Of a stretch of DNA of 64,000 nucleotides, positions 1 through 11,290 are shown piece by piece. The position numbers and the translations under genes were made by a program. Source of the stretch: Selaginella moellendorffii (Eukaryota > Plantae > Lycopodiophyta); the NCBI RefSeq assembly GCF_000143415.4, contig NW_003314420.1, positions 41,279 through 105,278 of the forward strand, written 5' to 3'. The notes below the pieces were generated by a model, which saw only the letters and a program-made list of their open reading frames with translations, searched no databases and was not told the DNA's origin. Position 1 is the first letter of the stretch. Each line of letters begins with the position of its first letter.

Positions 1-1875
1 TTTTTGTGCCACCATTGGCATTACATTCCATTTATCATTATTTGTGCTAGGGCTGTCCACGGCCCTATCTTTTGGCTACTTAGTTGCTCCCTCACTTGGA
101 GCCTTTCCTTTGCCAAATTGGAGCACTTGGGAATCCATCCTTGCAAGTCCACTTCTTTTTCCGCAATTCGTTAGCATCAAACACATTAGTGTTCCTTGGC
201 TAACTTTGCCACTTGGATTCTTTCCAATGGATTCCACGGCCCTATCTTGGGCACTCGTCTTTTGCTCCTATCCTTGGATTGTTGCACCAAGCAACATAGG
301 ATCGCTACCTCCATTTTTGAGGTTTCCTTTCGGTTCCATAGCAAACACTTTGCTTTGCCAAGTCCAAAGGGTGTTCACCCCTAGTACGTCTCTTTAACAT
401 TTTCTGTCGTGGGCTCTATCCACGGCCCAACTTTTTGAGACCTTCCCTTGGATCTTTTATAGAGACTACTTTCCTTGGACTTACTATGCCATAGCATTGA
501 CATAGCTCATTTCCCTTAGGTGTGCTTCCCACTTGGTCACCTCAACCAAGCCACACCTTTATCAATGGTTCAAATCAACACTTTTGAACTAGGAATCATA
601 TTCCTTAACCCAAACAAAGACTTTGTCCTTGTTTTAGCCACAAGATCACCTAGTGATCTTATCTTGACCCCTTAATAGGTCTATCAATAGGGACTAGGTC
701 TTCCAGACCCTTCTAAGTTGTTGACTATGACCCCGGGGGCATCCCCCACACTTGGCGGTGCGCCCAAGCCAGCCCTTCTGGCCAAGGATCCATAGCAACT
801 GAGACTTGGGTGTCCCCATCTCATTCACCACGTCCTTGGTGCACTTTGCACCAAAGTGTTCAAGTTAGATATGCCGAGCTTTCACTCTAAGCAATCTAAC
901 CGTGCATCACGACTCCGAGGCATCCCTCGCTTGGCGGTGTGCCCAAACCAGTCTCCTCACTGAGAGTCCATGACCACCGAAATATGAGTGTCCTCATATT
1001 CCAAACCATCACCACGCCCTAGTGATTTGGGACTCGAACCCAAGCACTAGAGGGTCGGGACTCGAACCCAACCTCCGTATATGCATCTACGGACGGCACC
1101 ACTTTAGATGCCTGGCCTGACTCAACTTATACTCAAAGCGTGCTATAGATCACTGCTTAGGAACCTAGTTCCTCCACATTGCCAAGTCCTCTAACTTAAT
1201 GAGTCTGTGATCATGCATGGACTCCTCCATGCTTGGCCCCATGGCCCACCCTTTTTGAAGTTATCACCTTCAACTAGGGTATTTGTTCCCCTGACTTGCC
1301 AATCTCGCTTTGGCAAGTCCTCCGACCACTGTAACATGGTTCCTGCACAAGCGTGAAAGCCCTTGATCATCAACTTTCGTTCAAAGCCCTCTCTTTGAAC
1401 ACTCGGGAACTACTTCCCTAACCTTGATAGCCTTGCCTCATGACAAGCTTCAAGACCACGCTTCTGCTGCGCCACTCTGATATCGCGCGTGCTTTGAACC
1501 ATTTACACTTGGCCTTTCTAGGTACTAAGCTACCTAGAATCATCTTTGGGAACCTTGAAGGAACTCTGTCCCTTAGCTTGCTAAGGCCTCCCTTTTTGCA
1601 AGCTTTCCAATTACCATATAGTCTAACATGGACAATTCCATATTTTAGACTCTCCATAGCATCACGGTTGCTAGCGGCAACACCCTCGAGCCCCCACTTG
1701 ATTCTCCACTCCCAGCTGGCATAACTACCCTTGGTTATGCCCTTCGATTCCTATGGTTTGGTTCTATCCCCTTACTACTTGCTTTTGGCTTCACACCTTT
1801 CCTTCGGTCATTCTCCTCTCGACTAAGAGGATAGCTTTGCACTTTCTATCATGCCTTAACAAGTATTCTTAGGGC
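1..1875 (-). mobile_element. Degenerate internal region of large-LTR retroelement family A (no intact ORF)
   Basis: Reverse complement aligns by eye with 27680-29204 (e.g. 196-385 vs 28915-29100; 1170-1875 vs 27680-28380) and 16-78 aligns directly with 46478-46540; that other copy follows an LTR and an iMet PBS. Confidence 0.75.
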
Positions 1876-4374
1876 ACTAGCAAGAGCACCAACTTCCACC
1901 CAACGAGTCAAGTAGTCAGAAGCAATAATAACATACTCATTGCCAGCAGTCGATCGCGGAAAAGGTCCCATAAGATCAAACGCCACTAACTCAAACGGAC
2001 GAGAAACTGCAATTGACTCCAACCGTCCTTCCGCAGCACAAGGGGGAGTATTACGAGCTTGGCACCAAACGCAGCTACGCACATACCGGATAATATCACG
2101 TCGCATTTCTGGCCAATAGAAAGATCTGTGCAGCTTCTCGGTGACACGACGGTGTCCCATATGCCCACCTAGAATAGGAGAATCATGGTAGGTATGGAGA
2201 AACCGCGGAATAAACACCGAAGGCACCACCAGCCGTAAATGAGCATCAGGATCCGTCCCCACAAAATAAAGAAGGCCATCTTCAAGGCGATATTGAGAAT
2301 GTAAATGCCGAAAAGGCAAGTCATCAGCAAGTGATGCAGGATTCTCAAACCCATCTCGAAGCCTTCGAATCCATAGCTCAATCTTTTGAGCCTCGCGAAC
2401 CTCATCCAGAGAAGGTAGATCTTGCTCTACGCCCTGTGGACACTGAACGTCAAGGACAGCAACCGTCGACGGCACAGAATCCTCATCTAGAAAATCCACA
2501 GATGCTGGAACAACAGGTTCGTCAGAAACATGAGAAGTGAGTGGAGAAGGAAGAGGAGCTCGAGAAAGGGCATCAGCATCAGCCATAGAACTCCCTGGGC
2601 GATGAACAACATCGAAATCATATATCTGAAGCTTCAAAGCCCATCGAGCCGTACGACCAACCAGGTTCTTCCGCTTCAATAATGAAGTAACAGCAGCATG
2701 GTCACCTTCAAGTAACATCCGAGAACCATGTAGATAGGCATGAAGTTTCTCGAAACCCCAGACTGCTGCTAAACACTCCTTCTCCGTCGTGGAGTAGTTC
2801 ATCTTCGCTGGTTGTAATGTATGGCTTATGTATGCAATAGGATGGCGCTGACCAGGCACACTCGAGCTCTCTTGCATCAACACACCTCCAAGACCAATGT
2901 CAGAAGCATCCACGCGCAAAATAAAAGGTCGAGTATAGTCAGGATATGCCAAAACCGGAGGAGTCGTCAATAGCTCTTTGAGATTCACGAACGCCCGCTC
3001 ACAATCGGGAGACCAGATGAAAGATGACGTTGATGACTTCAGCAACGCTCGCAATGGTAAAGTGTGATCGGAAAGATGATCCACAAAACGACCGAGATAC
3101 TGCACCTTACCCAAAAAGCGCTGCACATCATTCACACACTTTGGAGTAGGGAACTTTAGAACAGCCACAAGTTTGTCAGGATCAACTTGCAAACCCTCAC
3201 GAGAAATACGGTACCCAAGATAAGTTGTGTCCTTGGACCCAAACACGCACTTCGACCGCTTCAGCTTTAAACCAACGTCGCGTAGCCGATCCAACACTTT
3301 ACAAACATCACGAACATGCTCCTCCCACGTCCCCTCCGAGTGGATCAAGACATCATCAATGAAGTCAGCCGTCACCTCTGGCATATCGCAAAGAACCTCG
3401 TCCATCATTCGCTGAAAAGTTGCTGGAGCATTGTTCAAACCAAACGGCATCACCAAAAACTCGTACAAACCAAATGGTGTACGAAAAGCAGTCTTAGGAA
3501 TATCGTCTTCAGCCATCGGTACTTGCCAATACCTAGAAGCAAGATCTAGCTTGGTGAACCAACGACTTCGCCCCAGACGATCCAAGAGATCAGCAGTGTG
3601 AGGAAGAGGGTACACGTCCGGGATCATCACTTCATTTAACGGACGATAGTCGATGCAGAAACGAATACTCCCATCAGGCTTTGTCACAAGATGAGGTTCA
3701 CATGCCCAAGGACTCCGCGACTTCCGAATAACACCCTTCTCCAACATCTCCTTGACGTTTGGACGTAAAATCTTGATCTCCTTGGGTGACCGACGATGAA
3801 CAGGAACCTTGATTGGACAAGCATCCCCGGTTGGAATGGGATGACGTGTGGCAATCTTGGCCCCAGACGATAGGTCAAATTCAAAGAGATCAGAATACTC
3901 CTTCATGAGCTGGTCAACAGCTGCAACACAAAGATCATCAGAGGGATCGGAAAAGGGAAGAGCAGAACAAGATGGAAACACAAGAGGAAATAATGGGGGA
4001 ACAAAAGTAATGGAAGCAGAGGTAGAAGTAGAGGGACGAAGAGGCACGGAAGTGAGAGGAATGGATGAAACATAAGGAAGTATGAGACAAGGGGGAAAAG
4101 CCTCAAAGTCACACTTGGCATGATTGTGCTGCAACCAATCCATACCAAGAATGAGGTCAAAAGCTTGACTCGCCACCACCCGCAACGACTGCAACTCAAG
4201 CTCGAGATCGCCCACACGCACAACTAGGTCTGCCTCATCTCGTGCACATGCATGTGTACGGCCGTTGCCATAAAGAATGAAAACTGGATCCGCCGCACGA
4301 CGCAAGTGTAGACGACAACGTGTGGCAACAAGTCGAGCAATAGAAGATAAACTCGAACCTGTATCAACCAACAC
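1849..4374 (-). CDS. pol: Gypsy Pol: aspartic protease, reverse transcriptase, RNase H, integrase N-terminal part (truncated)
   Basis: Motifs LVDTGS, ILGMDWL, RFCIDYRPLN, MPFGLNNAPATFQR, FIDDVL, DASDIGLGGVL, ADALSR, H-X6-H...CVWC zinc finger, DLMGPFP; last ~10 residues derive from the flanking element. Confidence 0.95.
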   Translation of the reverse strand: MLVDTGSSLSSIARLVATRCRLHLRRAADPVFILYGNGRTHACARDEADLVVRVGDLELELQSLRVVASQAFDLILGMDWLQHNHAKCDFEAFPPCLILPYVSSIPLTSVPLRPSTSTSASITFVPPLFPLVFPSCSALPFSDPSDDLCVAAVDQLMKEYSDLFEFDLSSGAKIATRHPIPTGDACPIKVPVHRRSPKEIKILRPNVKEMLEKGVIRKSRSPWACEPHLVTKPDGSIRFCIDYRPLNEVMIPDVYPLPHTADLLDRLGRSRWFTKLDLASRYWQVPMAEDDIPKTAFRTPFGLYEFLVMPFGLNNAPATFQRMMDEVLCDMPEVTADFIDDVLIHSEGTWEEHVRDVCKVLDRLRDVGLKLKRSKCVFGSKDTTYLGYRISREGLQVDPDKLVAVLKFPTPKCVNDVQRFLGKVQYLGRFVDHLSDHTLPLRALLKSSTSSFIWSPDCERAFVNLKELLTTPPVLAYPDYTRPFILRVDASDIGLGGVLMQESSSVPGQRHPIAYISHTLQPAKMNYSTTEKECLAAVWGFEKLHAYLHGSRMLLEGDHAAVTSLLKRKNLVGRTARWALKLQIYDFDVVHRPGSSMADADALSRAPLPSPLTSHVSDEPVVPASVDFLDEDSVPSTVAVLDVQCPQGVEQDLPSLDEVREAQKIELWIRRLRDGFENPASLADDLPFRHLHSQYRLEDGLLYFVGTDPDAHLRLVVPSVFIPRFLHTYHDSPILGGHMGHRRVTEKLHRSFYWPEMRRDIIRYVRSCVWCQARNTPPCAAEGRLESIAVSRPFELVAFDLMGPFPRSTAGNEYVIIASDYLTRWVEVGALASALRILVKA

Positions 4375-4470
4375 GGAGAGAAGAATAGGAGACCTCTTGT
4401 TATAAAAACGAGCTTAACACTGGATGAACCGGTGCCGAGTGAACCCCTTGATGATACTCCCGAAAGAAAG

Positions 4471-4534
4471 ATGGAGGGGTCACTAACTTATTCGCGCAAG
4501 GTCCCTCCATTACTCGCGCGACTCCTCGTTTCCC
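4471..4534 (-). promoter_or_regulatory. -1 programmed ribosomal frameshift signal: G GGA AAC slippery heptamer plus H-type pseudoknot
   Basis: GGGAAAC (4534-4528) is in X XXY YYZ phase of gag; 6-nt spacer; stem1 UCGCGCGAG/CUUGCGCGA; stem2 AUGGAGGG/CCCUCCAU. Confidence 0.8.
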
Positions 4535-5400
4535 GAATGCACCTCGGTATCCAAACCTTCCACCGCAGCAGCACCAACGGGACGTTGCTGACGCCAAGGT
4601 CTCCACCCAGGAAATGGAGGTCGCCAATCCGGAAAGCGCCGACAACGCCAATAAGTATGACCAACTTCATCACACGCCCAGCAACGAATGTCACGGCCAC
4701 GACCACGTCCTCGCCCTTGTCCTTGGACTCGAGTAGCAGCAGCATCAACCTCCATGGGAACAGGACCATCACTCATAGGAAGTGGAGCTGAAGGACGTGT
4801 AGCAAGAAGTGGAAGAGGCGACGTCTCATAACGTTGTGCCAAACGAAGAGCATCGTCAAGAGTGGCAGGAGCAAGTGCATGCACAAGTCCGACAAGATCC
4901 TGACGAAGTGCTGGCCACAACATTCCTAGCTTGATCCGCTCCGACTGATTTGGCTCTGCACGAAGCAAAAGACTTCGGAAACGAACGCCAAATTGCATCA
5001 CCGACTCAGATGGCCCTTGGCGAAGACGATGCAATTGTTGGAAGGCATCATCACAATCGTCGGCGTGTCCGAAGGCGCGTTTGAAGACGTCCGGAAGAAC
5101 ACTCCAATCGCCACGAGTAGCTGCGCTCAATCCATTGTACCACTGCAATGCCGTCCCTTGAAGACATGTGGGGAACTCACACAAACGTCGAGCATCATCC
5201 CAAGAATGATATGTGGCAATCACCGTGAAGTGATCGAACCAATGGTACACATCATCCCCAGGATTCCCACGAAAGAACTCCGGCCAAACGCGAGGATTGG
5301 CACCAAAAGCAGAAGGAGTTGTACCATGTGCCGTGAACGCCGCCATCAACTGAGTTTGGTTGTTCAATTGCAAGCGCATAGCATCAAGCAATTGAACCAA
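4510..5400 (-). CDS. gag: Gypsy Gag with CCHC zinc knuckle
   Basis: Retrotransposon gag motifs (LQGTALQWY, LRQGPSESVMQF, PVPMEVD) and CWACDEVGHTYWRC knuckle. Confidence 0.92.
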   Translation of the reverse strand: MVQLLDAMRLQLNNQTQLMAAFTAHGTTPSAFGANPRVWPEFFRGNPGDDVYHWFDHFTVIATYHSWDDARRLCEFPTCLQGTALQWYNGLSAATRGDWSVLPDVFKRAFGHADDCDDAFQQLHRLRQGPSESVMQFGVRFRSLLLRAEPNQSERIKLGMLWPALRQDLVGLVHALAPATLDDALRLAQRYETSPLPLLATRPSAPLPMSDGPVPMEVDAAATRVQGQGRGRGRGRDIRCWACDEVGHTYWRCRRFPDWRPPFPGWRPWRQQRPVGAAAVEGLDTEVHSGNEESRE

Positions 5401-5659
5401 CTACTGCTCTAGAGTCAAAGGAGGAGATTGCGGATCGGCCATGAAAATGAATGAGAAAGAAAGAGCAAAAGAAGAGAAATGACAAAAAGCTGAAAAGAAA
5501 TGGTAGATCTAGACAATGCAAAAAAGCTAGATCTAAACCAAAATCTTGAAAGGAAAGAACAAAAGAAAAGAAATGGAAAAAGCTAGATCTAGACAATGCA
5601 AAAGCTAGATCTAAACCGAAATCCCAAATCCAAGCACTCCCCAGGGACAATCAAAGGTG

Positions 5660-5675
5660 CCCCTCATCTCCACCA
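5660..5675 (-). promoter_or_regulatory. Primer binding site complementary to tRNA-Ala 3' end
   Basis: TGGTGGAGATGAGGGG just inside the LTR; tRNA-Ala ends ...CATCTCCACCA. Confidence 0.75.
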
Positions 5676-5676
5676 A

Positions 5677-5850
5677 TGTGAGTGCATGGAATATGGAAAG
5701 GGAATACAGAAATGTGCATATCAATTAACCCAAAAACCCTAGCTTATATACAGGAGCGAGTGGTCCGGATTGAAACCAATCCGACGGCTACCAAAATCCA
5801 CTATGCTAATATTAGTATACGGCATCGTAGCCGTACACTTGGCCCTCACA
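5677..5850 (-). repeat. 5' LTR of the Gypsy element (174 bp, TGTGAG...CTCACA)
   Basis: 6-bp terminal inverted ends, adjacent PBS, second copy at 38176-38339. Confidence 0.88.
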
Positions 5851-5944
5851 ATAAGAAATTATATAAATGAGAATATATTTATAAACATACTTTATGGAGA
5901 AAAATACAGGTTTAAATATAAACTTAGATCTGACACTTTACTAT

Positions 5945-7087
5945 GCTTGGAATCTATCCAAGATCTCTTTGCACTTGGTGTCACTGCATATAGGACGTAG
6001 CATATTGGAAGAGCTGTTAACACCTGGAAAACAATGATCTTGGAACCTATAAATTATATGAGGCACAAAATATACAATGTTCAAATATCGTATGAGCTTA
6101 GTCCCCTCCTAACTGCCAACTTCATGCCAGTTTGGGAGCAATAGTTTCCAAAAGTACTTGGACAACATTTTTGCTGCATCAACACAAAGAGTTCCAAATC
6201 TACTATTGGTTTCCCGACCTTGCCGTAGACACCACATTGTTACATGGAATCCCGTCAAAGACTCTGACGAGCATCTACCACACTCTGCACTTGAGATACA
6301 TCTCCACCAAGCTGCTCAACACGAATATAACTTGGTCGCATCCATGGCTGGCTGCCTGAGCGTGGATCACTCTTCCTTTCTCCAACGATCTTTTCTTCAT
6401 GACACCTTGCAACCTTTTCTCTCGCGGCCTTCTTTTTTCACTCGCTCCAATCCAATTGCGAACTCCCCGTTTTGCACGTAGCCAAAAACCATGACAGTCC
6501 ATGAGACCACATTGTTGCATTGAATCTTGCAAAAGACCCAAAGAGCATTCACCAAGCTCCCACACTTGAGATACATATCCACCAAGCTACTTGCCATGAA
6601 GATATCTTCTTCGAATCCATTCTTTGCACCCAGGCAATGGATTTCTACCCGTTCTCTAAGCAGCTCTTTCTCAAGCTCTTGCAATCCTATCCCTTGGCAG
6701 CCAGATTCCAGCGGGCCGTAAGCACCACGAGGGTAGTAGTCGATCAATCCAGAGAACTGGAGCGGTGCTGGAGCTCCGACTGGCCATGGCATCGAAGACC
6801 TGGCATTGGATTAAATTACATTGTCATGGATGATCCTTCCTCCCTGGAGATGCACACACTTCCACATTCCTTGAGCACCAGAAGCGAGGAGACACTGATA
6901 AGAACTAAAGCGAAGGGACAATGTAATCAAATTCTAGGGTTTTGCTTCTTGATCTAGCAAACGCCGATGACATCTTGTCTAGCATCCGGCTGCACGGCTT
7001 CGCTTGCCAGGCTTGTAAGGGATTAGCGAGCAGCATCTCTGATTGGCAAGAATCATGTATAGCAGCTGCTCTCCTTGCTGCTCGCAT
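5945..7087 (-). pseudogene. PLS-class pentatricopeptide repeat (PPR) protein pseudogene
   Basis: ASSLVDMYLKCGSLVNALWVF, NVVSWTVMVFGY, SSLVEMYLKC repeats in several frames with stops and frameshifts; E-domain-like SWI end near 5950. Confidence 0.8.
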
Positions 7088-7236
7088 GGATGCTGCGTGA
7101 CCTCACGTCATAGCTTCAAAACACGAACACGAACACGAACACGGCATTCAATTTTTTGAACACGAACACGGAACACGGAAATGAACACGGATAAACACGG
7201 GTGAAAGCACGAATATTCTCTAGAATATTCTACTTA

Positions 7237-9291
7237 TCACTCCATCTCATCTAGAAGCTCCTCATTAGCAGCATCATCATCTTCATCTTCGTCCTCTTCT
7301 TCCATAGCTTCAATATCAGCATCAGTAATTTGAGGAATACTTCCTGTCTGGCTCAATCCCACAAACTTGTCATAGGAAGTGTGGCTCCCTATCAACTTGG
7401 TATTACTGGCCACAAATACCAAGTCTGCAATCCGGCTCACTGCTAAGCAATTCCTCTTCTTTGAAGTGATGTGCCCAAAAATGCTGAACAATCACTCCAC
7501 AGATGAGGAAGAACTTGCTTGACTAAGCACTCAAATTGCCAACCTCTGCAAATCTGGACCTGAGTAGCCATTGTCCTCCCACCACTGCACAGAACCCTTT
7601 GTTGTACGATCCATCTGAGAGTCCCCGGTGCCAAAACTACCCTCCAAGTTCCTGTATTGGCAAAGCTGATTTTTTATAGTTGACCTTTGCTGATAGTCAG
7701 GGAACTGGATCTCCAAGTACATGTTCCAATCTTTGGAAACTTCCCTGGATTTTTCCTGTCCTTGCCCCTGAAACTTTGGATCAAGCGTGTATGCCACAGA
7801 GTGAAAGGTGCTATGATAAGCCCACCACCTGTTTGAAATCAGTTGGTTTAGCTCCTCATACCTTAGATTGTTCTCCTCTTGTTGACAGATGTTCTCGCTC
7901 ATCTGATCCATCCCCTCGTAGACCTCGTAGACCAGGCACGTCTCCGTCAACCATCCATAGCAAATACATCACCCTCCTTGAAACACCCAGCATGTGGTTA
8001 ACCTCGTTCCAATATGTATCTTTGAACACAATTCCTCGGCATGCTATCCCAGAATCTGTTCTTGACTCTAGCCTTGCATTGTAAGCGTCACTCAGAAACA
8101 TTTGTTGTAGCTTTGGTCTCAGCTCCACCAATCTCTCCATCATAAGAAAGTTGAAGGCGAATCGTGTTTCACTGAACTTCAACACTCGTCGTGAAGAGAA
8201 GGATGCCAAAATCGCTACTAGATGCGAATGGTTCCGGAGGAAGCCACCCAGAGTCTTTCCCTTGTCTAGCAGCCCAACCATCCATGGTAGTTTTGCGAAA
8301 TCCTTGAGAATGTTGTTCAAACAATGAGCTAAGCATGGAGCCCATATAATCCTTGGCTTCCTCGCCTCTAGAAGCCTAGCAGCAGCCTTGTTTGAAGCCT
8401 CACCATCCGTGACAATAAGAACAACATTCTCCTCTCCAACAATCTCGATACCTTGCTCCCATGTCGCAAAAACGTTATCAGCTGTCTTCCCACTAGAAGA
8501 TATATCAATGGCCTCGAGAAAAGTCGACTGTCCTCTGCTGTATGCAACAAGCCCCATGATATGTCGATTTCTTGTGTCATTCCATGCATCAGCAACAAGA
8601 GTAACCCCACAATTCTTCCAACGTGCCTTCACCTTGGCAAGTTGAACTTCAAGATTGGCTTTCTCCACTTGCAACAATTGCTCTCGCAATGCTGTCTCTG
8701 TTGGAAGATCGTTCCATGCCTTGCAATCTGCTGCACCATCTCCTTGAAATGGTGAGAACGAGCTTTTGCAAATGGTATGTGCTCGTTCTAGAAAAATCGT
8801 CCTATAGCCATATCCACTGCTTCCTTCCTTTTTGGATCAAAGAATCCCGGATTCCCTGCTGTCGTTGCGAAAAAAAACCTGGAAATTCCTTCTACAGAAT
8901 TGCCACCTGGTGTAGAACTCTGGGAAGCAACAAAACTCTCTCCTCCAGTGCTTTGGATGCCTTCGACACGTGTAGAAACTGCTCGTTTCTTGCTTTGGTG
9001 TTTTCCAGCCAAAACTTGGTCGTCGATGGTTTTAGCCATCTCCCTAAGCTGTTGTCTCTTCTCTACTGAGATGACATCACAACTTAAGATTTCATGACCA
9101 GCTTCCCCTGTGAGATGTCCCCTCACACGATCCACACCTGAAACTTTGTCTCTCAACGAACACCATTTGCAAGACCAGCGTCGATGCCCACTACGGCAGT
9201 TTGTTTGATCACCAAGGATCACTTCTTCCCACCAAATGGATGATGGATGTCACCCTGTTGAAGTCCTCCTGCTCTGGCTCCCAGATGCCAT
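7237..9291 (-). pseudogene. hAT transposase (BED-like finger, DUF659-type core, C-terminal dimerisation domain), disrupted
   Basis: WSCKWC...GHL finger; VTLVADAW, IVTDGEASN, WAPCLAHCLN, ETRFA; C-terminal WWEDNG...LAI and ITSKKRN; split over ORFs 8788-9222, 7856-8689, 7531-7950, 7237-7491. Confidence 0.9.
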
Positions 9292-9292
9292 C

Positions 9293-9447
9293 ACTCAGCT
9301 CAACCTCTAAAATCCTGCACCTGCCTCTACTCCAATCCACAATCACTCAGTCCAACCTCTAAAATCCCACACCCTGCTGCTGCTCCAATCCACAATTGCT
9401 CAGCCTCTAAAATCCCACACCCTGCTCCTGTTCCAATCCACAATCGG
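9293..9447. repeat. ~45-55 bp imperfect tandem repeat (x3) upstream of the hAT transposase
   Basis: CTCAG..CCTCTAAAATCC.CAC.C.TGC..CT..TCCAATCCACAAT repeated three times. Confidence 0.7.
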
Positions 9448-10099
9448 TCACGCCCTGCGCCTAAATTTTTTTTGAAAAACTCAAAATTTTAGAATCACGC
9501 CGTCAATAACACAATCGCAATGCCAAGCAACTAAGAATCACAGCAATCTACAAAGATGCAGTGCCAAGCAGCTAAGAATTATGGCAGAAGCAATCCAAGG
9601 AGAAAATTTGGGAGAGAAAATCTACAAACCTGGAGACAATGATCAGGAATTTTTTGCAGCAAAATCAGGCTTGGCTGAGTGCCATTCCTCCCACTCCAGC
9701 GCTAGAATCCTAGAGAGGGCATTCCCAGCCCAAGAAAATCGCCATAGATCGCTGGAAAAACCTTTTGATTGATCGCAGGAATTTTTTATTGATCGCAAAA
9801 CAAGAAAACATCAAAGCGCAAAACGCTCATGTGAACCACGTGAGCTATTGTTTTAGAACATGGCATGGTCACACGGTATTTGACCGTGTTTCAACCGTGT
9901 TTGGAGCCGTGTTTTGGAGCATTGACCGAGGCAATGAACACAGCCCGTGTTAACACGGCTGGGGGCCGTGTTCGTGTCACCACGCCAACACGCCGTGGTG
10001 CACGGCATGTTTTGAAGCACTGCCTCATGTGGCCAATCCTGGAGAAAATCCTGTGTAAGTTCTTGCACTTTACGACAGCAACTTTTTGTTTTGCTTGTG

Positions 10100-11290
10100 G
10101 CCGGGATCAATGATTGGCTTGGCACACAAGCTGTTCTACGCGTGAGCTTTGGGAGATTCTTCTTCTTCATTGAATTAGCACTGCTTATGTTTGGAGTTAA
10201 GTACCAAAGCAATCACAGGGACTCATGGCATCAATGATCAACCTTATCATCTGGTCTGGTCTCACTGTGCTTGGCCTCATCCTTCTTCCCAACGACATTG
10301 TGGATGCTGACAGTAAATCTAGTGCTTCTTTCTTGGAATTACAACCATAGTTTCTTTGTTCTTCTGGCAGGAAGACTCTCGACATAAAACTGGAACACTG
10401 CATGGATTGCCAAAGAGAGTCAGTTCTAGTGATGTTCTTCCTCATTTCTTTTCCTCTTATACATATAACAAGATTCACAGTTCACAGGTATAATCCCTTG
10501 CTTGCTGTGTCCTTAGTGTGCTACATCATGCAGGACATCTGTATAAGTGGTTCAATCCTGCTTATCAAGATTGCAAGCTCAATCTCTTCTTTATCACGAG
10601 CTCGCTATCTCTCGGCATCGCTTTCACTGCTATCTCTGTGCATCCTCAGGTAACTTTTAAGCTGGAGTTTTTTCTTTTGAGTGTGAAGGATGGTTTTTTT
10701 GTTCTTTTTTGTTCCAGGTGAATGGGCGGTGATAGTGCCTGCTTCGGTGATAGCGCTCTACTGCATGTATATATGCTACAGTGCATTGTCAAGACTACGA
10801 TTGCGTTGGAGTGCCCAAGCATGCCGAGGTGGTTTTTATAAACACACTCGTCATGGGAATGGCCACCCTGCTTATCTCCGTGATATACTCCACGGCTTGA
10901 GCAGGCTCTCAACGACTTTCCTGTCACCGCCAGCTCCTCCTCACAATGCAAAGGAGCTTCTAGAAGAAGAATTGAGTAGAAAAACTCTTACTCTCGAGGA
11001 GAAATTTCAAAACCAACCACAAACTAAGTGGCACTGGATCTGAGCACGACTTCCACGAAGCAAAGAAACAGTCCCAACACTGTCATGTATGTTTACTTGT
11101 TCTGTTATCTTGTCTTTGCCCTTGCGAGAATGTACTCGGCTATGTTGCTCACCAGATGGGGAAACCCTGAAGACAGATGCTATCGATGTTGGCTGGCATT
11201 CAGAATGGGTCCGGATCGGCACAATGTGGTTCACAACAGCACTATACATTTGGTCGCTCATAGATCCACTCATTCTTCCATGCAAAGTAA
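10100..11290 (+). pseudogene. SERINC: SERINC / TMS membrane protein (serine incorporator) pseudogene fragment
   Basis: WLGTQAVLRVSFG, PASVIALYCMYICYSALS, LVFALARMYSAMLLT-W, IDVGWHSEWVRIGTMWFTTALYIWSL match plant SERINC motifs; frameshifts and deletions; intron about 10650-10717. Confidence 0.82.

Larger units (their letters stand above)
1878..5850 (-). mobile_element. Ty3/Gypsy LTR retrotransposon, 3'-truncated within integrase
   Basis: 5' LTR 5677-5850, PBS, gag, then PR-RT-RNaseH-INT order; integrase stops abruptly at the junction with family A sequence near 1876. Confidence 0.93.
7109..10022 (-). mobile_element. hAT DNA transposon, both ends intact (2914 bp)
   Basis: TIRs CATAGCTTCAAAACA / CAGTGCTTCAAAACA; 8-bp TSD CCTCACGT (7101-7108) / CCTCATGT (10023-10030); subterminal AACACG repeats at both ends. 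Confidence 0.93.

Noticed and set aside
5660-5675. tRNA gene
   Set aside because: Only the 3'-terminal complement used as PBS; no cloverleaf
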